A DNA stretch of 64,000 bases, taken from positions 2,335,947-2,399,946 of the forward strand of contig NW_018408761.1 of assembly GCF_002113885.1 (NCBI RefSeq). Reading direction: 5' to 3'. The notes under the pieces are model-generated. The model was given only the letters and a program-made list of their open reading frames with translations, was not told the DNA's origin and made no database searches. Every line of letters starts with the position of its first letter. Positions within the stretch are counted from its first letter, which is position 1. The DNA is from Mizuhopecten yessoensis (lineage: Eukaryota). The position numbers and the translations under genes are program-made. Positions 15,408 through 29,265 of this stretch are shown here, piece by piece.

Positions 15408-16519
15408 GTGTGTGTTTGCGTCTGTGTGTATGTTAGGAGTAGGGAGTACGCGGTGTATTTTCGAGTTTGTGTTGGTAATTACAGACGATATTGAATTGTG
15501 ATCATTCAGTTACGCATGTGTTTGTAATGTATGTAATGTTAGTGATCGTGCACATGTGAGAAGGGCGTGTGAAAGACTGACTTCGTTTTTATAAATCGGA
15601 TTGATGAAATGTGAAATGTGTTTAGTAACAAAATATAAGGGATGTGAATGCATTAACATTGTGACTATATATGTGACTATATATTTATTTAATAATATCA
15701 TATAATGTGATATATGAAATCACGAGAACTATAAAGGGGAAAACGAGCCTATATCTGAGCACAATAAAAAATACTGTTTCAGCACTATTTCATTGTATTA
15801 TTTGTAAACTTCAGAAAGCAGACAATTACATATAAAAATATCGTGTTTAAAACACTTATGTAGTGACATTTTTATCTACCTCATTTTTATCTGCTGACTG
15901 AATACATTACCTAGGAAGCGGAATTAATGCAATATGAATTTTGAAGATCTCAACAGATGTTTCGATCAATCTTGAGCATTCTTTCACTAGAACGGTTTCT
16001 TCTATCAGATTAATAAACTGTTACAGTAGCACACCACATACAACAAATATAAGGAAGAAATGTCTTTCGTCTTTTATTAGGAGAGCTTTTCTTTTCAAAG
16101 ACAATATAAATATACTGTTTTTGAAATAAATTGGCAAGATTTTCCTGCCGATTGTTCTATAAGAAAAAACTATGTCTCTGGCCTGTTTTTGTTTTCATAT
16201 GAGGGTGAACATATATTTTAGAGCATATCGGGACTGGAAGTAAAATCAATTATTTTATCTATGGCTCCTGTTGCAACATTTATAACTCGAACTTTCATTT
16301 TGTTTACGCCCTTGCACAATCCCATATGATATAAAAACATGTGATAAGAAGACAACGCCAAAACAAACAAGATTGGGTAATGGAAAGGAATGTGTCCGAA
16401 ATTCCAAAGAGTGAAGCAAAATAAATACTTGTTTCTTAAATACAGCCTCAACAGCAGTTCCTTTATGTTAACTCAAATCGGTCTTTCCAGTCGCACATGC
16501 AGAGGATGCAGCAAGTCTG

Positions 16520-17762
16520 TTCTTTCACTGAACCTGTATGGGTATCTCCTCTACCTACTCTTTCCTGTTCACCCTGAACCTGTATGGGTATCTCCTCTAC
16601 CTGTTCACCCTGAACCTGTATAGGTATCTCCTCTACCTGTTCACCTTGAACCTGTATGGGTATCTCCTCTACCTGTTCACCCTGAACCTGTATGGGTATC
16701 TCCTATACCTGTTCACCCTGAACCTGTATAAGTATCTCCTCTAACTATTCTTTCCTGTTCATCCTGAAGCTGTATGGGTATCTCCTCTACCTACGCTTTC
16801 CTGTTCACCCTGAACCTGTATAGGTATCTCCTCTTCCTGTTCACCCTGAACCTGTTTGGGTATCTCCTCTACCTACTCTTTCCTGTTCACCCTTAACCTG
16901 TTTGGGTATCTCCTCTACCTACTCTTTCCTGTTCACCCTGAACCTGTTTGGGTATCTCCTCTACCTACTCTTTCCTGTTCACCCTGAACCTGTATGGGTA
17001 TCTCCTCTACCTACTCTTTCCTGTTCACCCTGAACCTGTATGGGTATCTCCTCTACCTACTCTTTCCTGTTCACCCTGAACCTGTATAAGTATCTCCTCT
17101 AACTATTCTTTCCTGTTCATCCTGAACCTGTATGGGTATCTCCTCTACCTACTCTTTCATGTTCACCCTGAACCTGTATGGGTATCTCCTCTAACTACTC
17201 TTTCCTGTTCACCCTGAACCTGTATAAGTATCTCCTCTAACTACTCTTTCCTGTTCATCCTGAACCTGTATGGGTATCTCCTCTACCTACTCTTTCCTGT
17301 TCACCCTAAACCTGTATGGGTATCTCCTCTACCTACTCTTTCATGTTCACCCTGAACCTGTATGGGAATCTCCTCTAATTACTCTTTCCTGTTCACCCTG
17401 AACCTGTATAATTATCTCCTCTAACTATTCTTTCCTGTTCATCCTGAACCTGTATGGGTATCTCCTCTAACTACTCTTTCATGTTCACCCTGAACCTGTA
17501 TGGGTATCTCCACTACCTACTCTTTCCTGTTCACCCTGAACCTGTATAAGTATCTCCTCTAACTACTCTTTCCTGTTCATCCTGAACCTGTATGGGTATC
17601 TCATCTACCTACTCTTTCATGTTCACCCTGAACCTGTATGGGTATCTCATCTACCTACTCTTTCCTGTTCACCCTGAACCTGTTTGGGTATCTCCTCTAA
17701 CTACTCTTTACCGTTCACCCTGAACCTGTATGGGTATCTCCTGTACCTATTCTTTCCTGTTT
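16520..17762 (+). repeat. 46-bp minisatellite with 36-bp deletion variant
   Basis: Unit TTTCCTGTTCACCCTGAACCTGTATGGGTATCTCCTCTACCTACTC, about 28 copies. Confidence 0.95.
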
Positions 17763-18129
17763 CCAGTGTCTTCTTTTGTGTCGGTCCTCGTGTGACCTGA
17801 GCCGTTACGGCAACGTAAAAATACTGAACGAAATACAATTTATCAACGGCTGACATTTAATATCCACAATGGACGTTGAAGATCGCAGTTAATCCTGATG
17901 CCATGATTAAATTCTTTTTGTAACGTACTTGTCACTGCTTTATTGTCATCATGACCCAGGAGGTTCCCCCAGATAGCGTTGTCCTAAGAGAAATCGTGGG
18001 CCTTAGCTTGCTCGTTACGTTATAAAGAATTCAGCAGTTGCCTTTACAACAGATTGTACCCCGATTTTGTACCAGTAAAGTATCGGAATATATCAGTGTG
18101 ATACAAATTTATATCTTCATTCAAATGAA

Positions 18130-18620
18130 GATCTACGGAATGTTATATCTTGCCATGTGATGATGTAAGATCCAATATTGATTAATATTGACAAACCATA
18201 ATGGTCTTTCGAAGCGACTGTAGAATAAGTGGTTGCGTTTTTTACATTTTTCGTATACACATTTGGTTATTAACAGAATTGCATGTAAATCATAACAAAT
18301 GATGACAAAAACCCTAGATATGCGCACAGAAACTCTTCAAAATGGCTCGCAGCCTTGTTGTCAAGCATGACGTCATTAAAACACGGCGCAAAAATGCACT
18401 ACGAAATCCCAAACTTTGCTGATTCCGTAAAACTTCAATAAGATTTGTTTCGTCATTCCATTTTAAACTGTAATAAAAGAAGATTTAATGGTTTCCAAAT
18501 GCATACCAAAATTATTATAGGATTAGTGCAAAACATGCAGCACTTGCGAAATATATTGATGATGCGCCACATCCGTGAAAAAATAGGGTATTCAATGGGA
18601 AACCGAAATACCCACTGTCT
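18130..18620 (-). mobile_element. Decayed L1/Tx1-like LINE ORF2 3' remnant
   Basis: Frameshifted CMFC...ETI..LLLQ zinc-knuckle-like motif, followed by AILLITKCVYEKCK, which resembles L1-clade C-termini. Confidence 0.4.
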
Positions 18621-18930
18621 GTCTGGAGTCCGAATCCAGCATATACCAAAATAGTATTTGTTTATTCATATTCAGTAGGAAAATATTTTTAAAAAAATTG
18701 AAGATGAAAGTAAATACATGTAACGATGAAAAGGGAAGGTATTTAGTTGTCTAAGAGGCAACACTAATAGTATATAGCTCTGTTGTCCGAAGTGACAACA
18801 AATTGGGATAGCCTTTTGTTTCTCCAGCCAGTGTTGTTACCTTGTTTATATATTATCTTGTGTACCTTGTTACACTTCGATAATATCATGCATCGTGCAA
18901 ATAAAATTTGATAATAAGAAGGTAATTAAT

Positions 18931-19220
18931 TCTTATCTGTCTTGATCAACAGCACGAAACGTCAGAATACGTCAACATTATCGTCCCAACAGTTATATAT
19001 TTCATTAACATAAAATTAGAAGACACGCGCATGTTAGACAACATCACAAAAACAAACATACACACTTGTCTATTCAATGAATGCCGATATGTGCATATAC
19101 ACCAAACAAAAGTGCATGACATCATACTATGTTGAGCTACATTTGCAATTATAACGTATTATTCTTGTCAATTAATACTGCTATGTTGTAATTATTTATT
19201 ATCAATTAAGACAGATAAGA
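18931..19220. mobile_element. Candidate MITE (~290 bp)
   Basis: Perfect 13-bp inverted pair TCTTATCTGTCTT / AAGACAGATAAGA. Confidence 0.45.
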
Positions 19221-22200
19221 GTTATATTTGTCTCTGTCATAGTAGCTTTAAAATTATCACCTACACATATCTAATCTAGTAACCAGATTTTCTTTATATA
19301 AAATGAGCAGAAAACAACTTAATTAAGCTCATTTAAATTAAATACAAAATTGAAGTAAAAAACGTCACATTGATTATAATTCATAAAGTCTAATGGTTCA
19401 AACACAAACTTGCGTCCTTTAGAGCTGCAGGGTTGAAATCTAGTTAAAAGGTTTCTTGTCGAGAAAAGTATTTGAAGTGAAACACTGTACAGAAATTAAG
19501 AGGGAGGATACTCATATTTTTGAGTGGGCAAAGCACGTACGGTTTTGAATCTCTAATGTACTATGAGGATAAGGATTAAAGTATGAGTATATTTAACATA
19601 ACAGACAAGTGATGCTAGGCCGCTATGCACTAATAGTTAATTTCCCCCTTGAGAATGACTAACATGACCGTTCATCTAAAATTCCACAACGTGTTAATCA
19701 TTATGTTAATTAGGGTAGTAAACGGACGTTAATACGAGACATTCAATAATAAAGTATTGGGATAATCAGCCATATCAAAGTTTACAGCCCCGGCTTCCTG
19801 TGTAGTGACTGGCACCACCGAGCACATGTCATTCATAAATGTAATTTATGGGAAAGGCGCTGTCACGTGACAGTAAGATCACTCTTAGGTCTATAAACAG
19901 TAAGGAAATCTCCTTATATGAAACAGTCAGACAAATTACATCATCTACCTGGTTAAACTAATCCTTTATAACCTCCTACGACCTAAAACCGTACCTGAAG
20001 GGTTGATACAGTGAACCAAACGTCAATTTGTAACATTTCTGACATATCTAATCTATTTTCGTATCATGTGATTTGATTTTGTTTTAATTAAATCTACTGG
20101 CAGTGTGTTTAACATAGACATTCGATATACCTCATCAATTTGTGAAATGAAAACAATGTTCCTTCAATGGGGTCAAGTCAATCGCAAGCGTCATAGTGGT
20201 TCATTCTGACAATCCTTCGCAACGGACACATTCAGGTTAAAAATGAATACCAAGGTGTCAATCATTCATTATCACGTGACCTTTGTTTTTACGTTATTTC
20301 ACGATGAAAACTAATAATGAATTTGCAAACAATTATTCTGACACATAAGCGAAGACATGTCCTTCCATTTAATCTCACGACTATTTCCCTTACACAACAA
20401 TTACAGAAAGAAATGTTTACAAGAACTAAGTGATTTTCACTTACCTGCAGGTCGGTGATTAAGATATTAATATACATGCTGTCACCAACTGCATACATTA
20501 ATAAGAGTCGACAATATGGGACAGTGGGACACAAAGGCAGTCAAAACATATAACTGCAATAAGTGCAACTTTCTAAATATATGTTTTGTTTCCTTACGCT
20601 TTACTGGCCAAACTAGTTTTTGACATTAGTGTTGAGCGTTCGCTTGGGCAGCAATGAAGGTAACGAGACGTTCTCTTAATCGTAAATATCAGTTTAAATG
20701 TATTTGTTTGCCTGTTTTTTTTATATGATAAGGGAAACATTTGACTTACTGACCTGTGCTTGACATTTGGCTTTGATTAGACGGCTGTAAAGACTGGTTA
20801 GCGCGTTTCAGTGTATTTCAACAGAGTGGAGTGTCAGTTGACAGTGTACAGATGACAATTGCCTTGAGTGACTTCACTCCGTTAACACTGTTTTCATACT
20901 ACCAAAAAACATATATAAACTAGTTGAATATTTACATCTACAGTCAAATATTTATGTTTTCGCTCCTTCAATAATCTACATAAAATGACAGTAATGTAAT
21001 CAAATGATAATGTATAACTGGGCAAAGAAACACTAAAACCGATTGTGGGATTATTGTTGCACTAAACTAACTATTTGTTAACCGCCGAATATTTGTGGAA
21101 TGTTCAGGGTTTTTGTATAGATACTGGAAAGTACTCATAAAGGTATGAATTGTTCATTCAGTGATATTAACATACACACCAGGTATGTATTATTTACATT
21201 TTAATTTAAAATTAACCAGTACTCCTCTTAATTTTGAAATTCATATTAATTTAAGTGTTTCACGCACCTGCCCCTCCGTGTCAACAATAGTTGAGACACT
21301 TTAGAGCTCCAACTGTTTGGCCCCTAGCATCACCGACTAGAAGGACGGAGCAGCTGTATGAGGCAGTGTAATATTTTCTTGCATCATATTGGATCATCCT
21401 GTCGTTAACACATATGAGAGTTTGTATGATAGTATAGGTATATGAAGTTTTATTGTCTTATTAACCTTAACATTGCCTAAATTACATTGTTTTCAATGAA
21501 ATGTGATTAATTTTCTTCGATATCTCAGCTTTAATGTATTCTGTTAGCACGAAATTTTACTTTATCTTTTATCTCAATTATTTTGTTGATAAATATTTAT
21601 ACAGCCAGGGAATGAGATAAGGTTTTGTTGAAAAATCATATGGCAAGCACATTTTAGTCAGACATTTATGAGTTTTAAATCGATCAAATTTGACAGAAAT
21701 ATGAAATATCATAAAACACGTGTATGTCAAACAGCATAGTTTAATACCGACTTACGCATGTCAGAGACATTTCTGAATGAAGAATGCCAACGGAAGACTG
21801 AACTGAAGTCGAATGAAAGTCAAATGTTACCAAAAAAATGATAGTTGCTATGTAAATGAAATTTAATGTTAAGTATAATCCAGCTAGCAAGAAAATGTGA
21901 CGATGACGCTGATGTCTGTATGTGAATATGTCTTGTTTCTTGCGTGGTAATAACGATCACTTCACTGACAAACGTGACTCGGTTAATTTCAAACACTGTA
22001 CGTGTGGCTACGTTTGCCTTTCTTAATAAACACAATTTAATAACTTACTCTTCCACGGAGTAAATTTTTCATCAGAGACATCAAACGTTAATATATGTAT
22101 CAATTTCATGTTATTATATCGCTTATCTGTGTTTGTTGTTATTCAGACATAAATGTTACCAAGAAAGACTAATGTAAGAGTACGGACAATTAGTCTGTGA

Positions 22201-22564
22201 TGGCTTCCAATTTCATTTCTGACCACGTGAACCACTTTGAGACGATCTACAAACTATGTTGTGATAAAGTGGAATATAAGAACCTCCAATTATTATTTCT
22301 TTTATAATTGGCGTAGTGCCGTCTTTGATTTCACGATTGTTGTACTATTTAGATATCTAATCAAAAATACAACAAACCACGTCACACTACAATATTTCAA
22401 AATTTATACATTTGTACAATAAATATGGTGTGTGTGTACTGTTTAATGTTTAAAGGAGCAAGTTTATAAAGGCTATGCGTGTTGTCCAGTTTCTGTTTCT
22501 TTCTTGATATATCTACAATAATACATAATTTTAATAATAATAATAGACACTCATTATTGAGGAT

Positions 22565-22825
22565 AAATACATGTTTAGCCATGGGCTAATCTTCCACGTG
22601 GTCCTGTTAGTAAAATACATGTTTAGCCATGGGCTAATCTTCCACATGGTCCTCTTGTTAGTAAAATACATGTTTAGCCATGGGCTAATCTTCCACGTGG
22701 TCCTCTTGTTAATAAGATACATGTTTAGCCATGGGCTAATTTTCCACATGGTCCTCTTGTTGGTAAAATACATGTTTAGCCATGGGCTAATTTTCCACGT
22801 GGTCCTCTTGTTGGTAAAATACATG
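22565..22825 (+). repeat. 51-bp tandem repeat x5 (first unit 48 bp) with internal palindromes
   Basis: Unit AAATACATGTTTAGCCATGGGCTAATCTTCCACGTGGTCCTCTTGTTAGTA. Confidence 0.95.
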
Positions 22826-23039
22826 TGTTGATTATGAATTACATTAAAAGTTTATATGTATAAGAAACACAAAATAGCATAAAATATATAGAATCATAAC
22901 TTTCTAAGACACATTCATCTTAAAAATTGTTATCACAGCTGTCTTAAGTCAAGAATATCACAGAATGCATATTAATCATGCCAAATCGTTTCATCAATTA
23001 AATGACTCATGCCTAATTTACATATATGGTAACATAGCA

Positions 23040-23760
23040 AAATCATAATAATTGACCTAGTTATACACTAAAGTAGCATAATTTAAAACAAAGTTGGTTT
23101 CACATCATTAGAAAATAACTACTTTTAAAATGTATGAAAATATTTGACAAGTTTCCGTTCAAAATTGTTAAATGTATTGACATTCTTTAACTCTTCTGGA
23201 AGTCCAATTCAAACCTTGAATACCAGCCATAAGAATTGTTTGGAATAAAATGTTGTTCTGTGTTTCGGAACACAGATGTTACTTGCATCCGAAAAACTGC
23301 TAGATCTGGCTGCTTGTTTTTGAGCCTAAGATAATGTATCCATTAGTTTCGCTGTACAATCTGACCAAACGCTACTACAAAATATAAAATGTGGAAATAC
23401 CCAAAAATTGTAAAACTTAAGTCTGCCACAAATTGAAAGATATTGACAAATGCGACGTAATAATTCTAAGCTCTGTCGAATTTTGGGTAAAAATGGACGG
23501 AAACTGTCCCTTGAATAACAAGCACTCATCCATATTAACACCCAAAAGTTTTTTACATGAACTTGCTCAAGTGGAACATCTCTCATAATTAAATTCAAAA
23601 TATAATCATTACCTGATAACTTTTCTTTTGAAGCAACTAACAAACATTAAGTCTTACTGACATTTCCTGTCTTTTTATTTTCACTACACCAAGTCTCAAC
23701 AATGAAATGAAATAAACGTGCCATAGTAATCAATCATCTGGACCTGTTCTAAGTATCAGG
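23040..23760 (-). mobile_element. Decayed CR1/L2-type LINE reverse transcriptase fragment
   Basis: LEQVHV..KLLGV (frameshifted) and RLKFYNFWVFPHFIFCSSVWSDCTAKLMDTLS*AQKQAAR are typical of the post-RT region; stops and frameshifts present. Confidence 0.8.
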
Positions 23761-24879
23761 ATATCCTGGATAGGGGCGTGGTCGATAAACAAAATAGCCA
23801 GAGCTTTCTACCACGGAGAACCCGGTTTACATTGAACTTATTTACGGCTGCCACCATGAACTTTTATCCTGCTGGGACCTTCGTGCTTCTCTGGGTTTTA
23901 CAAGAAACTTGTGGAAGGAAAACACATACACTTCGGAACAGTATCAGATGGTGCCTAAGTTGTAATGGCGGTTTCCGTTGACATTCCTTTTTTCTGTCGT
24001 CCCTTTGGTTCCTGCTATCGACTTTTCCTGAAGTATTTGAGTTCTTTAAGAGCACTGGTTTTGTCCTTACATTTTCACACTCCGTCATACATTCGTTTTT
24101 AACTTTATAGGATATGCAATTAATCCTTTGTCAAATGGACAACTTATTATGTAGCAATATACAATAATTGCCGGTTTACGTGAACAGTAGTACAATGTTG
24201 GCATACATGCTTGAAATTCTGAATCAAAGGATATTAGAATAAGTACGAAATTAATGTTCGGACTTATAGAAATTCTCCCATTCACAAGCTTGTCTGGATG
24301 ATGTTTTTGTTTCATTGTCTTTCCATCCTGATAATCAATATTGATAATCCATGTACAGGTAATAGCACATATTTAATGCAAAAACGCAAAATAAAACATG
24401 AGACTTTTGAATTCGTACGTTACACACAAAGCCTCGTCATTAATTTTTTTTTTTTTGAATACATGATAATCTGTGTTGCTTTACCTTATATTTCAAGGTG
24501 ATTGACTCATCTGGTGGACATCCCGCGGCTTGCTATAATTTGCAGGTGGGATTTATTCTGGCTCAGTCAACACGAACAACTGTTCTCGCAGGAAAACATG
24601 TTTTTCTTCTATGTGTGGTATGAAGGTCGTTTTTTATTATGCTCATTTAAGTGCCTTGGGGTTTTGTTGTCACCACCCGACATCTCGATGTGACATTACT
24701 TTGTATCAAGCAGAAGACGTCATAACCTTCAAGGATGGTTCAATGATGCATGACCGTGGAAACATGGAGACATTTAATTTAGCAAGCATTCAATTGTGCG
24801 CAAGATTTTTCCTGTTTTGTAGTTAATTATTTTTGGTTGAATTTAAAGGGTTTTTACCTAGGTGTTGAAAGGTGTTAAC

Positions 24880-25400
24880 TATAACATCACATGTAATGCA
24901 TTTTTTAGGGGACTTATATTTGGCACGGGGTGTTCCAAGGGGTCAAAATGTACTTGTCAGATATGTTATATTATATATAATATGTTTAATGAGTATTTAA
25001 ATCTCCGGATATTTTGTGGGTATATTACAAATTTACTATATTGTTTATATGCGGGTATGGTATTGACATACTTGAATATGTGAAATTTATATTTATTTAT
25101 TCATATCTTCAAATGTTTGGTATGTATATTGTTTTATATTCAAATAGTTTTGTGTAATGATTGGGAATTTAATTGTTATTTTAATAATTTAAATATGATA
25201 TAGGTTTATTGTTGTGTAATTAATTGGATATTTGGTATGTTCAAGTCCTTCACATGATGACATACGTGATATACATACTGTTTAAATAAATAAATTGCTG
25301 TATGTTTTACTCATTTAAGTGTATTATGGATAGATGGGCATACATGTTGTCGTAAGTATATTGTTAGCAATAATAAATGAAGTATAAATGTATGACCCTG
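24880..25400 (-). mobile_element. Decayed Penelope-like element fragment
   Basis: Frameshifted SKFVIYP..HKISGDLN...RAKYKSPK resembles the GHVITGDLN..KGPKYREP motif of Penelope-like ORFs. Confidence 0.4.
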
Positions 25401-25929
25401 TCAGTTAATGTACGTCCTAACCGAGATGACTGTCATCGTGATCTACGATAACGGCAGTTTGAGATATTGATTCCCCAGTAATAGGTAGGCTACATAAACA
25501 CAGTAATACATCTTCATATAGATAATCAGTGTCATATTATTTCATTTATATTCAGTCAAATTGAACTTGTAAATGCTGAATTGGCAATTGCGTTATTGGG
25601 TGTTGGTGGAACAAAATACGTATTACCAGATGTTTGTGGGACACACAGTTTGAAGTATCAGGGTCATTTAGAAAAAAATATTGACTTCGTGTTTTCAGAA
25701 TCGAGATACATGTTCTTGACTGGGTTATTTATCTTGTTGGTGATGTTGTCGTTGTTGTTAATTTTGAGTGGTGAATATATATTTCCTGCTTTACTATTGT
25801 TGATGGGAGTGAGCAATGGAGATGTCCGGATTGACGTTTTTTCCTGAAGTGTTTTAATTAAGTTGAATAGGCATAAGAAATACATTTGTTTTAGTTCTGG
25901 CGCCTAAATATGGCGTGACGCATTATTTA

Positions 25930-26990
25930 ACTCGAAAATTTGATATACCTATTGAAAATGTCGCCAAATTACCTCGAAAAGTCTTATTTACTCAAATATA
26001 AAAATGATAGATTCAATATTTCGAGATACGTGTATGTAATAATGAATACACTTGCATGACTTTGTTTAAGTCAAGGTTTTTGTTCGCGTTCAACGAATTT
26101 GCTCGGATAGGCGAAATTGAAGCAAATGCTTTTAAGAAATATATCCGTTCTTAGACGTAAGAGTTGATTTGCTTGAGCCGATCTACCTGTCAATCAATTA
26201 TTTCTGGTACAAATCCACATCTTCCTCCCACCATTTATATTGTGTATTACTATTCCATGTAACAATATATTAAGTGCTTTGAGTATTTCGGAGAAAGCTC
26301 TTTCTTGTGCCAGCATACATAAGTACATGAGTCAAGAACATTGTTCGCCTCTCTGGATGCGACAATTTGGAACTCACCATAGTTGGTTTGCTTGAGCCGA
26401 TCAACTGAACTTATATAACTAATGTAGAGACACAATATATGTATAAACTGAACAGGGAGTCTGTGTTAATTTTTACCTCCCTTAGTTGTTTCCTCAATGT
26501 TTTCTCCAGTATTGTCTGTTTCACCTAGCCTTCAGTGGGGAAGACATTCATGAGTAGTCCTCATAAATGTCTTTGTGGCGTATTTTGGCGACCCCACTTG
26601 AGCTAGCTGTTATAGTTTGTAGAAGTGGCTGCCATACGCGTGTGGGTGGCAGCTACTGGGTTATTCAATTTTTCATATAATTTTCCATATATTATTGATA
26701 TCATGCTAAGAGCCCAAGTGTGGCTCTATTGATAATAATAAATTCAATGTCACCAATATAGTGGCCATTTTCATCATATTGTTGTCCGAGTTTTGCTTGT
26801 TATGAGTGCAGAGGCATAATAATAAATACACTTACAATGAAAATGATTAATTCAATATTTCGAGTAGCGTGTGTAATAATAAAAACACTTGCAATACCCG
26901 TTTTTGGCGAGTAAATACATGTGTACGCATCTCGAAATGACCGGTAAGTTGACATTTCTAATTAGAAAAAAAGCGAAATTTCGAGGACGC
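25930..26990. mobile_element. Composite: old inverted-repeat element containing a tyrosine-recombinase (DIRS/Ngaro-like) fragment
   Basis: TLFKSRFLFAFNEFARIGEI at about 26059-26118 (+) resembles YR box I. A ~55-bp direct repeat occurs at about 26001 and 26840, and the ends are inverted (ctcgaaa...aaatgtc...ttacc). Confidence 0.5.
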
Positions 26991-27977
26991 TTCTTGAAAT
27001 TTCAATTTACTTACACAGACGATTTCTAAATTTCAACAATATCATATTGATGGCACGCTTTTTCAATTAGTATACAGCAACATTTTAAGATGCAGTCACA
27101 TGTGAGTGACTTAGATTCATTATTCAACCAATAGGAAGCCAGGTAATGGAGGTAATCACATAAAGCTTTAAGTCATCTATTTGATAAAAATGACCCAATG
27201 CCTGAACTTCGACCAATCAGAAATCAGTCCATCTTATGAAATAACAAAATTGAAATCAGAATAAAGCTCGCAGTGTCATGGTAGACCTACATACCAAATT
27301 TGATTGAAATATCTTTGTTTTAACTATCCATAATTAGAAGTCAGTTGATGGTGGACATTGGCTTTGAAAGATAACCGAGTGAAGCGGTGCAGTAGAGTTT
27401 AAGATAGTATGGTGTTACGCTATTGAGTGTAACACAGTATAATTTAATACAGTAGAAGGTGGCACAGTAGAGGGAAACACAATCATACAAATCAGTCATC
27501 GCACTGAAAAGCTTTGTAAGGGTAAGTGTAAGTGATGAATACAAGATATATATTTCATTATTTCATATGCAGTTCGATGAGTACAAAGGACATCGTACAC
27601 GGACATTTCGTTCCATTCAACATTCAATCAAGGGGCGTTAGCATGCAATGGAAGTGTATAAGTAATGCTGTGATATATAGGATTGCTTTTCTATTTTTAT
27701 CTAGTTGTTAATATGTGTGATGCATGTTTAGCAACCTTCCTAGAATTGTTATAGGTTACTATATATGACAGATATTATTGATGGTTTGTTAACTAAGGGT
27801 TTAGCGTCCGCGCAATAGCTTAGGTCATATGGAGACGGGTAATTTTGGAGGCACAGACAGCAAAGGTTTTATAATAAAAAAGAACTATCAACACAGGGTT
27901 TAAAAAGATGCAGGTTGATGAAATATATGGTCAAGTGTTATGGTCAAAAATGTGGGAAATTTGATGTTCATTTATTA

Positions 27978-28846
27978 CAGTTGTGTGACCGCACAACGCA
28001 CCAAAAAATAGCGTGCGCACACCGTGCATACATCGTTAACATACCGTCCGCACATCGTCCACACATGGTGCGCACAACTGTGCGATTTAGCAATCGTTCG
28101 CCAAGTTGTGCGCTTCTCTCCGCACAACTGGGCGATTTGGTATCATTTGTAGATCAAAATTACGGAATGACAAAAACACGGAAGGCTTGTATGCGATAAT
28201 GTACACTGTGTATACATGTATATCTGTACTTTCTCATCACAATAATCAAGATTATACAGTTTTACAATGCGTGTTATACAGTATTACAGCGACCGTTAGG
28301 CTGTCAAGAATGGGTTTGGCTCCAAGGTAACAGAACAGGTAATTGTTATTTGCATTCGTTTGCCTATAGCTCCCCTTCACCTGGATTTTCACACACCCGG
28401 CCGACGAGTTACGATAGTGCCCCAGGCGGGGAGAAAACTACGGTGCAGGTACATGTACAAAGTGGTTATGTTTACTTGTATACGGGTTTGTGTTATAATT
28501 TTACTTGTGTCGATTAAGTTTGTTTAAAAACAGAAAACACAATTTCTAAATATAAGAATGTAGAGACAGAAAGATAAGTATATAGATGTAGCTAGAATAA
28601 AGAAACATATGTAAAAATCAAGGTTATATGTTTAAACACGAAACCGTATACATTGTTCAGGCAATCCTCAATTTACACCAACCACGATTGTTATCGCACA
28701 ACGTCCGTCCATCGTGCGCACAGATGTGCGCAAGCAATGATCGTCCAGCTTTTTATCGTTCGCCCATCTCGTACACACCGTTCACACACCGTGCACACGT
28801 CGTGCGCACACCGCACATCGTGTAACATTGTGCGATCCCACAACTG
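27978..28846. mobile_element. Non-autonomous Tc1/mariner(pogo)-type MITE, 869 bp
   Basis: TA|CAGTTGTGTGACCGCACAA ... TTGTGCGATCCCACAACTG|TA: 19-bp TIR with 2 mismatches, TA target duplication, CpG-rich subterminal CACACCG/GTGCGCAC repeats. Confidence 0.85.
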
Positions 28847-29265
28847 TATATTTACATGACGGGTATGAAGGACAGACGCTTAACCTTCTGGTCCACCTGG
28901 TGTTATTCTCCTAGCACCCTTTCTGGGTACTGTACAACGTTAACATTGATGAGCCTTTACAGGGCTCTGTAGATATTGACATATTAAACCATTCTAGGTT
29001 CGTAAGAATAGTGACGTTGATGCACCTCTATTAAATCAGGTAGGATACTGATGTTGTTGTACCAAAATAGGTTCTGACATTGACTAGTCCTTTCTAGATC
29101 TTTGATGATAATGACGTTGATTTGCCCTGTTTATACAATTTCACGGTCTGTAGAATATTGACATTGACTAATCCGCACTAGCGGTACCTGAATGATAACT
29201 ATATTAACTAACACTTACTAGGCACTAGGCAATTTGTTTCTTAATATAAAAATATGAGATATATA

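Noticed and set aside
15205-15501. 98-aa ORF
   Set aside because: Spans the N gap; artefact.
22565-22825. CRISPR-like array of palindromic repeats
   Set aside because: No unique spacers, no cas genes, eukaryotic context; a plain tandem repeat.
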